The notes below the pieces were generated by a model. It searched no databases, was not told the DNA's origin, and saw nothing but the letters and a program-made list of their open reading frames with translations. A stretch of 64,000 bases of DNA from Octopus sinensis (Eukaryota), in the NCBI RefSeq assembly GCF_006345805.1, contig NC_043008.1, positions 12,710,001-12,774,000 of the forward strand, given 5' to 3'. Positions 55,120-64,000 of this stretch are shown piece by piece (positions within the stretch are counted from its first letter, which is position 1; each line of letters starts with the position of its first letter). The translations under genes and the position numbers were made by a program.

Positions 55120-55295
55120 CATCGAAAAATACCTTAGGAATGAGAACCCAGGTTCAAAATTTCCCCAAGATACCTGATGAAGGCTGGAGGGTACATCAGT
55201 CAAAACGTTGTGTTAACAACAAACAAGATGATGACAAATATCCATCGAATGTAAATAACGTAAATAATGTACATAATTCCTCATATCTTAAATAT
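55120..55295 (+). mobile_element. Penelope-like 3' end with minimal hammerhead 55171-55212 (G12A)
   Basis: TAC CTGATGA A GGCTG-GAGGGTACAT-CAGTC AAAAC GT T GTG; an inverted homolog of the downstream part lies at 54608-54672. Confidence 0.7.
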
Positions 55296-55878
55296 AGCAT
55301 TGAAATTACTACTTTATTATAATGTATAGTGAAGACTCTATAAAGGGAGAACCGTCAGTGTAAATTTATTTTCAAATTAAATTATCTTAAGATCATAAGG
55401 AAATTAATTTACTTCTGTAGTTTAATTAGTAGCTCATAAACGAAGGCATTACAATATTGGAGTGAATGGGGCATGATACGATTAATGGCATACTAGAGAT
55501 TATGAAAATGCATACACGCATCATTCATACATACATATATATAAGCATAAATGCATACATATACACATACAAACATATATATGTATGCATATATATGTTC
55601 ACGCACTGAAACGCAGACAGAGAGACACAAACAAACACACATACACGTATGAGTGACTGGCTTTGTCTTCGTGCGTGATGAAGCACAATGTGTCCGTCCT
55701 TCGATGCAACGGTTTCAATCTCAGTCTAAACTAAAATGTGCTTTTACAGAAGTCTGCAGTGGGGATTTCCAACGTAGACTGTTCTTAGAGCGAAAGGTTT
55801 TATCGCATCCGAATACACTCGAACATGTTGAAAATAACTCTTAATATCTATCTAAATAAATAACTATCTGCCTATATA

Positions 55879-55926
<48 letters not shown>

Positions 55927-56000
55927 ACAATTTAATAAATAAAACATATGCATACATAAATACATATATGTACATACCTACATCTATATGTATATATACA

Positions 56001-56063
<63 letters not shown>

Positions 56064-56066
<3 letters not shown>

Positions 56067-56290
56067 TACAGGACACCACAAATAAACGTAGAACACAACG
56101 AGAAACGAAAACATAAAATCAAACAAGGAAACGGCCTTTTTTTAACAACGAAAAAACAGAGTACAAGACAAACAATACAAGGAATATTCCCCTTCATCAG
56201 CTGCCCCTGTTTCGACTCAATACGTGTTTCGAAGGTAAGGGCAGAACACGATCCGGCCGAAGCAATCCTTCCTGCAAAATGAATTAAATA
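56064..56290 (+). mobile_element. Repeat family D in (TA)n
   Basis: Homologous to 23704-23866. Confidence 0.6.
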
Positions 56291-56370
56291 AAATTATTTT
56301 GCAGAGGGGTAAAAAAAAGTGACAAGAACAGGACGTAAAAGCAATACAAACGAAGAAAACAGTACAGAGA

Positions 56371-56550
56371 GATCGTTAGCCACTACACACACTTTTCTGT
56401 CCTTGTATTTTCTGTGTCCCTTTCTGTAGAAGAGCGTAGGCTCGAAACGTAAAAGACTTTTTCTATTCCTGAGCGTTATAATAATACATCTGTTTGTTTT
56501 GTACACCACCTGTCTTCGACTTTTGTTTTTTTTTTCGTGAACTCTCCCTA
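56371..56550 (+). mobile_element. Family E (Penelope-like end) with minimal hammerhead 56420-56455 (CUGUAGA, A6U)
   Basis: CTTT CTGTAGA A GAGC-GTAG-GCTC GAA ACGT A AAAG. Confidence 0.75.
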
Positions 56551-56644
56551 TATCTATATATATAGATATATACAAGCGTATGGTATAAATATAAACAGGG
56601 AAAATTTTAGCTATTTCTCCACAGACAGGAAAAATTATGAATAA

Positions 56645-56685
56645 CCTTAATCGATTTTCGAAACTTATTGGGGTCTCATCAGAGG
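56645..56685 (-). ncRNA. Minimal hammerhead ribozyme, canonical core, weak stem II
   Basis: CCT CTGATGA GA-CCCCAATAAGTT-TC GAA AATCGATT A AGG: palindromic stem III, UUA triplet. Confidence 0.7.
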
Positions 56686-56917
56686 CGTCTACAACATTCT
56701 GACATTCACCAAGAGAAACCATCAGCCAAACTTTATATACTCAGCAAATGGAGCAGTTACTCTTTGAAGGAGTCCCTTATTTGCATAACGAAAGTGTGTA
56801 ACACTCTATAAATACCAGCGGTCTGTCAACGGGGATCTTAATCCACACAGTATCAAGGTATGATATAATAGATATATAACATATACATACATACATAAAC
56901 ATACATACATACACATA

Positions 56918-56959
<42 letters not shown>

Positions 56960-57214
56960 TATTGTGTCTGGGGGGAGTAATTTTCTTTTTGTGACTTATT
57001 ATGTAACACGCTCACCGGTAAAATTTCAAAAATATTGGAAAGTCTGCAAGGCGCAACGAAAATTTTAGGACAATAAGATAAACGTGGAAATTTTACCGGT
57101 GAGTGTGTTACATAATAAGGCACAAAAAGAAAATGACTTTCCCCAGACACAATAGAATATTCTTCAACACACGGACTCATATAGAGAATCTTGCAAACCA
57201 AATCTCAAAACGAA

Positions 57215-57218
<4 letters not shown>
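56960..57218. mobile_element. Second copy of the 19688-20050 fold-back family, hammerhead decayed
   Basis: Arms ~56960-57027 / 57086-57152; TTGGAAAG TCTGC AAGGC GCAAC GAAAATTTTAG; outer segment 57170-57215 matches the reverse complement of 19700-19750. Confidence 0.8.
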
Positions 57219-57269
<51 letters not shown>

Positions 57270-57285
<16 letters not shown>

Positions 57286-57655
57286 GGCAGTTTGTCTGTG
57301 CGTGTTTCTGTGTGTCTGTTTTCTCGTACCCTCACTCTGACCACGGCTTTCAACCGATTCTGATGAAACTTGACACACACATATAGCCCAATGTCATAAT
57401 TCAAAACTAACGCAGCAAAAATTTTGAAAAGTTCCCCCAGTTCTGAAAAAAATCAATAAATTCGACATGGGGTCGAGAATCAGAAACCCAAACCACAGAC
57501 CATCTAGGGGACGCAACTCCACCTTTTTTAACTCTGAAAAAAAATTTACCATCATTTTTTTTCCATTTTTTTGCTATTTTTTGGCTATAACTCTCTAAAA
57601 ATGCTTTATAGTTATTTCCCTTACAAACCTGAGCAACGCCGGGCGATACTGCTAG
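57270..57655 (+). mobile_element. Non-autonomous Helitron
   Basis: 5' (TA)n-TAAACGGCAGTTTGTCTGT; internal TTCAACCGATTCTGATGAAA; 3' GAGCAACGCCGGGCGATACTG-CTAG|T (GC-rich subterminal motif, CTAG terminus before T). Confidence 0.75.
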
Positions 57656-58159
57656 TGTATATATAAATGACATTTCTGATAATTATCTTCGTCTCCTGAT
57701 TTTAATGCTTAGATATTTACTAATCGTATAACGACTCTGTTTTCTGCCAGACATCACAGGTTTAACTCTTTTAAAAAGATGTAGGCTCTCTGATTTCTGA
57801 ATGAGTATATATTCAACTATTTTAAATTCACATTACTCAGCTGAATAATATGCTTATTCATTCACATTTTTTTAATTAATCATGAATGACCATTTACCTT
57901 CAGGATTATGACGATGTTATTGTTTTATTTGGGGAGAGGGGGAGGGGCAGGGATGGTATTGTTGTGTAGATATAGGAAAAGTGGCCTGGCACATTTGAAG
58001 ATAAAGCAGATTAAATATCCTTGTCTGATATGATCGGTTTAAATGCTAAAGAATTAAAAGCGACTTTCAAAGTTTGTTTGGTAACAGAGTTCTTTTAATA
58101 TAGTTTTCGCATCCATCCGGTTGCACATGGGGGCGTTGCAAACCAACATATACATGTAC

Positions 58160-58193
<34 letters not shown>

Positions 58194-58598
58194 GCACTCA
58201 CACACATACTCACACACAAACACGCATATTCACACATGCTTGCATAAGCACCCGTGCACGGGTTTATACACATATGTATACAGAGACACAACGATATACA
58301 AAGTATGGAACACAAGTTGATATAGGTTAAACTAAAATTAGTGGACAGAGTGAAGAAAAGGAAAGAGATTTATAGATTGTGTGCCATTTCCTGAGCTGAA
58401 CTTTCCAATTTGGACAACGGTAGTTCCTGAAGATAAAAATAAAAGAATATACGTTGGGTGTGCTCCTACGACTGCCAGCTAAAGGGTAACTAAGTGACAG
58501 GTCACAGCGACATTTATATATTGCTGTGTGAGTAAAAATGCTCACGGAAGTCGTCTATATGACTTCCGATTCTCCCACATAGCTAGATAGCTAGCTAG

Positions 58599-58640
<42 letters not shown>

Positions 58641-58670
58641 TGATAGATAGATACACAGACAGATAGATCT

Positions 58671-58714
<44 letters not shown>

Positions 58715-58715
58715 G

Positions 58716-58800
58716 TTTCTTTATTGGCCACACAGGGCTGCACACAGATGGGACAAATTACAAGGTAGAGCTTTTCTTTTAGGGGATGAAAAAAATGAAA
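58716..58800 (-). mobile_element. Family F fragment inside (GATA)n
   Basis: TTTCTTTATTGGCCACACAGGGCTGCACACAGATGGGACAAATTACAAGGTAGAGCTTTTC; (GATA)n on both sides. Confidence 0.75.
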
Positions 58801-58820
58801 ACTGATAGCTAGATAGATAA

Positions 58821-58875
<55 letters not shown>

Positions 58876-58920
58876 TATAGAGAGATAGATAGACAGACAG
58901 ACAGTTAGACACATCGATCA

Positions 58921-58955
<35 letters not shown>

Positions 58956-59340
58956 TGTAAGAAGGAGGTTCGGTAGCCGGGTATGTAGTTATGTACGTAG
59001 GTAGGTAAATAAATGTTTTGGTTTGCATGTTTGCAGACAGACCGCTTGAAGTGTTATTGAGTGAGCTGATTGATCTCAATACCTATCAAACAGACGAAGA
59101 TACAACTAATTTCCAGCAGCACATGAACGAAAACGGTTGCGGTCGACTGCATTCGATATTAATATATTTTAATGAAAGATAAAACTTCAATGTTTTTTAA
59201 ACCGATACGCCATTACATTACACACTCAATAAACAGTGTCCATCTAAAAGTATATATACATAGATATATATACACAAACATACATAGATGTATATATATA
59301 TATATATATACACACACAAACATACATATGTATATACATA

Positions 59341-59560
59341 TTCTTTTATTCTTTTGCTTGTTTCAGTCATTTGACTGTGGCCATGCTGGAGCACCGCCTT
59401 TAGTCGAGCAAATCGAACCCCTGGACTTATTCTTTGTCGTAAGCCTAGTACTTATTCTATCGGTTACTTATGCCGAACCGCTATTGTACGGGGACGTAAA
59501 CACACCAGCATCGGTTGTCAAGCGATGTTGCGGGGGACAAACGCAGACACACAAACATAT

Positions 59561-59593
<33 letters not shown>

Positions 59594-59752
59594 CATACAT
59601 ATATACGACGGGCTTTTTTCAGTTTCCGTCTACCAAATCCACTCATAAGGCTTTGGTCGGTCCGAGGCTACAGTAAGAAGACACTTGCCCAAGGTGCCAC
59701 TCGGTGGGACTGAACCCAGAACCATGTGGTTGGTAAGCGAGCTACTTACAAC
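59341..59752 (-). mobile_element. SINE family A, near full length
   Basis: Match to family A; explains ORF 59172-59648. Confidence 0.9.
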
Positions 59753-60078
59753 ATACATATATAAATATATATATATATATACGAAAACTTTATAAAAGAG
59801 GAAATTGGAATTGATAAATTAGAACAATGTGGGACCAACAATATTGGGACTGTTATTTTGTTTTGAGCTGTAGTTCCATCCACGACCATTCCATATTATT
59901 GCTGACTCCGGAGTTGATAAAATATGTTCCGTTAACGCAATTCGATCACTTAACCGACAATGATCCTCTGAAAAATATTTTATTGTTAACCAATAGTAAA
60001 AAGCAATATTTATTTCTCATCTTCAAATCTTTAATTTTTTACCACAATACTACATTATTTGAGAGATATTTCGTTATT

Positions 60079-60343
60079 GGAGGATCGCGGTTTCGATTCT
60101 CAGACCGGGCGTTGTGTGTGATTATTGAGCGAAAACACATAAAGCTCCACAAGACTCCGGCAGGAGGTAGTGGCGACCCCTGTTGTACTCTTTCGCCCCA
60201 TCTTTCTCTCACTCACTCTTCCTGTTTCTTGAGTAACGCTGCGATGACCTGGCGACCCGTCCAGCTGGAGTGAACACATACGCCACAGAAACCGGGAAAC
60301 CGGGCCCATGAGCCTGGCTAGGCTTGAAAAGGGTGCATAAAAA
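60079..60343 (+). mobile_element. SINE family C, head-truncated
   Basis: Tail AGAAACCGGGAAACCGGGCCCATGAGCCTGGCTAGGCTT is identical to the reverse complement of 33108-33147. Confidence 0.8.
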
Positions 60344-60436
60344 ATTTTAAAAATATATTTAATTGCTAAAGCCCGTATACTGTATCTAATAAAGACAACA
60401 GTATTTACCCCTGCAGATTTTTCATGGTTGTCAACA

Positions 60437-60478
60437 CGTCAATGACGGCCGTACTTTGTACGGCGAAACAAAGTCACG
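60437..60478 (+). ncRNA. Degenerate hammerhead (5' core damaged)
   Basis: CGT CAATGACG GCCGTAC-TTT-GTACGGC GAAAC-AAA-GTC ACG: perfect 7-bp stem II, GAAA, stem III, GUC and stem I, but no NUGANNA core. Confidence 0.45.
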
Positions 60479-61129
60479 GAAAATTTATATTTAATAAATT
60501 ATATACAAACTTGCTGGCCCCGCCGTGCCGTCAAAAATGACGGCTAAATGTAGTGTATTATATATAAACATGGAGAGTAAATCAAATTAATACACTTGGC
60601 AATGTTATCCAGCTTTTGTCCTTTGAGATGTGACATCAATCATCGTTTGTTACTGTAAGAACCCTGGTTCACACTTACAAACATTCACATACTTACCTTG
60701 TACACGCACACATACACAGACATATACTCACACAGAGTTGAAATGCTGTTTGAATTTTCTTTTTTCAGCGTTGAATGTTCACCATCTTACTTCTATTGCA
60801 CACACACACACACACTCACTCACACATACACACACGCGCACACACACACACACAAACATTCTCATACCTCCCTTTTACATACACATATACCCACACAGAT
60901 GAAACGCTCCCACTGCCACTTTGCCATCACCTCTTCCTTCCTTCCTCATTCATATTCTGTAACGGAGAAAACCACAAGAGTATTATTATAGTAGATGATT
61001 GTATTCAAATTAATATTACATTTCAAGACATGTCGTTTCGCTGGAGCCAACGATGGAGTCTGTGTGTCGTTTGACTTACTAGAAATAATAGCACAATCTT
61101 ACCCAAAATACATTTGACTCGCTTGAGAA

Positions 61130-61156
61130 TACTACTACTACTACTGCTGCTGATGT

Positions 61157-61219
<63 letters not shown>

Positions 61220-61278
61220 TGCTGCTGTTGCTGCACTACTACTGCTGCTGATGATACTACTACTACTGCTGATGATGA

Positions 61279-61312
<34 letters not shown>

Positions 61313-61710
61313 GCTACTACTACTACTACTAATAATAATAATAATATTACTACTATTATTGCTGCTGCTGCTGCTGCTGATGATGATGATACTACTACTT
61401 CTACTACTACTACTGCCTTAACGACTGAAAGAGTGTGGAATTGAAACCCGCATTGTCGACCTGCAGAATAGTACCGTACTTATAGTCTGCAAGAATCGTA
61501 AAGAAGACGCTTGAGATTGGAGGAAGCTTGTTCTCACCAAACATTTAAGATAATGCACCTGCTAACTAAATTAGCATGCACTAGTGTAATAAATGACGAT
61601 GATGATGATGACGACGATGATGATTGCAATGACGATGATAATGATGATGACGAGGATGATAATGATAATGATGATGATGATGATGATGATGATGACAATG
61701 ACGATGACAA

Positions 61711-61742
<32 letters not shown>

Positions 61743-61760
61743 ATGATGACGGTGATGACG
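61130..61760. repeat. (TAC/TGC/GAT)n arrays
   Basis: Visible. Confidence 0.9.
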
Positions 61761-61775
61761 ATCCTTTCTCCTATA

Positions 61776-61980
61776 GGTACAAAGACTAATATTTTCCTGT
61801 GAAGGGTGATAATCGATTATATCGATATCAGTACATGACTGGTACTTATTTTATCGATTTCGAAAAGACGAAATGCAAAGTTGACCTCGGTGAAATTTGA
61901 ACTCAGAACGTAAAGACGTACGAAATGTTGCTAAGCATTTTGTCCGGCATGCTAGCCATTTCATCAGCTCAGCTCAACAC
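61776..61980 (-). mobile_element. SINE family B, diverged
   Basis: ACTGGTACTTATTTTATCGA...GCAAAGTTGACCTCGG...TTTGAACTCAGAACGTAAAGACG. Confidence 0.7.
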
Positions 61981-62835
61981 TGTAATGTCACACCTTTTAT
62001 CACAGACAAATATCGTACGATAATATCAAACTTGTTCTTTATGGATTCGGTATCATATTTGGGCTGCATCAATATCAAATAGCTTTTGTCGAATCTGCAT
62101 ATTTCAATATAGTTTTTAGAACGTGGTATCGTTAATTTACCTTAACTTTATGTGATAATAAACAAACACTTTCTCTAGTTACCTATATATAAGACCTATG
62201 TAATTCTTTCATCCATAAGTCACCTTTTCAACCATTATTTGAGATATTTATGTTGACACGTACAGAAAATATGTATTGTCTCAAAATCCCATGAGAATAT
62301 CATGTATTAGCTGACTTAGAAGATGACCTTATATCTGATACACAAAACAGACTTTACAAACAGAAATACTGATTTCCTACACATATTAAACCCTGGCTTA
62401 ACAATGAAATACAATGAAACACAATACACTCGGCTATCAATATAAAGTATTCTATTTCAGTCTCTGCTAGAGAAAATACAATACGTGTCGCTAGAAAACA
62501 CTCGAATATCATTGTTTTGTTATTCCCAATTCGCTCCACACGACACATCACCGTATTCAATTTATCCAGCCATTTCTCTCTAGAACGGCAACCATATATT
62601 ATTGATTTCATTTACGCGTTCATTTTGCTTTGGAATATATATAAAGAAAATTTCAGTCTCATTATCAAACTGATTAATTGCTACCGTACATGGATCTGTT
62701 TTAACTCTTCTTCTTCTTCTTCTTCTTCTTCTTAAGTAACCGCTGTCAGCAACACAGGCAAGAGCAAATTTCATTTTTGGTGTACGACGACACCCATGAC
62801 ATTCAGGTGCTAATATTACCAAAATAGATCTACCC

Positions 62836-62896
<61 letters not shown>

Positions 62897-63012
62897 CCTA
62901 TCTATTTCTGTCTGTCTATCTATCTATCTATCTACCTATTTCTGTGTCTGTCTATCTATCTCTCTATTTAAAAAAAAATTTATCCCCCCCTTTTTTGTCC
63001 TCTTTCTTTCCT

Positions 63013-63124
63013 TTTACGATCCCTTTTGATCGAAAACCAAACCGCCTTCTTTTACCCCCAAAAGAAAAGCTCTACCTTGTAATTTGTCCTGTCTGTGTGC
63101 AGCCCTGTGTGGCTAATAAAGAAA
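63013..63124 (+). mobile_element. Family F, downstream of (TATC)n
   Basis: AGAAAAGCTCTACCTTGTAATTTGTCC...CAGCCCTGTGTGGCTAATAAAGAAAC. Confidence 0.75.
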
Positions 63125-63699
63125 CATGGCTGGCTGGCTGGCTGGCTGGCTACCAAGGTAGTTTGGGCTAGCTAGCCCATCGTCAACAACATTCTTGTGT
63201 AAGAAAAAGAATTCTGTTCACTACGAAAGCATAGTGTAACCGACCGCTTCGATTAAAATAAAATTGTTTTTATTACAAATGAACATAAACCCAAACACAC
63301 AAACACATACACACGTAATGTTCTTCCTGTGAGAGATATTTGTATTCGAAATGCTTATACAAGTATATTTATGGTCATACTCATCGGTATGTGATAATAT
63401 TGACCACTGTGTGTGCTTTATCGATTTGCAAAGACACCAGCATCAATACAATTCATCTTCAGCAGCCGAATATTTGTGAAAGATGCTCTATGAACATCTG
63501 CCTTTCTGAAAAATGCCCGCTCATGAGAATGAAGCATTAAGAAGTAAATTGCGAATGGCTCTAAATAAGAATATTTAGACTATATAGGATTACTTCCAAG
63601 TATGTCTTGATTTGGCGTACACTTATGAATCATTATGAAGTATATAGATAGATACACACACATACGCACACATATGTATATATGTATGTACGTATATAA

Positions 63700-64000
63700 T
63701 TCTTTATTCCCCACAAGGGGCTAAACATAGCGGGGACAAACAAAGACAGATATAAGGATTAAGCCGATTACATCGACCCCATTGCTGGTACTTATTTAAT
63801 CGACCCCGAAAGGATGAAAGGCAAAGTCTACTTCGGCGGAATTTGAACTCAGAACGTAGCGGCAGACGAAATACCTATTTCTTTATTAACCACAAGGGGC
63901 TAAACTCAGAAAGGACAAACAAGAACAGACAAACGGATTAAGTCGATTATATCGACCCCAGTGCATAACAGGTAGTTAATTTATCGACCCTGAAAGGATG
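63700..64000 (-). mobile_element. SINE family B head-to-tail multimer, runs off the window
   Basis: Two tail+body units joined at GACGAAAT|ACCTATTTCTTT (~63868-63882). Confidence 0.85.

Noticed and set aside
56190-56290. Family D contains CUGAUGA and GAAAC motifs on the minus strand
   Set aside because: They are in the wrong order or lack matching stems; no complete fold could be built.
58545-58590. Hairpin CGGAAGTC/GACTTCCG upstream of CTAG, Helitron-like
   Set aside because: The CTAG is part of a GCTA/GATA repeat and no 5' end or second copy was found.
59827-60273. 148-aa ORF without microsatellite bias
   Set aside because: The last third is SINE C and the rest has no recognisable domain; the opposite-strand frame is also unassignable.

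Overview
AT-rich, microsatellite-saturated eukaryotic DNA. The repeat content (CORE-like tRNA-SINEs, R4/Dong-like LINEs, very dense TA/CA/GATA/AAT arrays) suggests a coleoid cephalopod such as Octopus; this is inference from memory, not a search. No host protein-coding gene is recognisable: nearly all supplied ORFs are microsatellite read-throughs, and the rest are transposase or LINE remnants. The window holds two tandem intron-containing tRNA-Ile(UAU) genes, mariner/Tc1 remnants, a mariner MITE, a non-autonomous Helitron, R4/Dong-like LINE fragments in (AAT)n tracts and many SINE copies. The most notable signal is a set of short, mostly (TA)n-embedded, often fold-back elements carrying type I hammerhead ribozymes with palindromic stem III, the Penelope-type minimal architecture. 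Across different families, hammerhead positions 3 and 8 occur as all four Watson-Crick combinations: C3-G8 (314, 52366, 56676), A3-U8 (12020-12026), G3-C8 (both arms of 13779-14073) and U3-A8 (both arms of 19757-20044). This is the covariation expected of the 3-8 tertiary pair and suggests selected, non-canonical ribozymes that CUGANGA-based searches would miss. Family labels A-G are my own working names, and coordinates were counted by hand.
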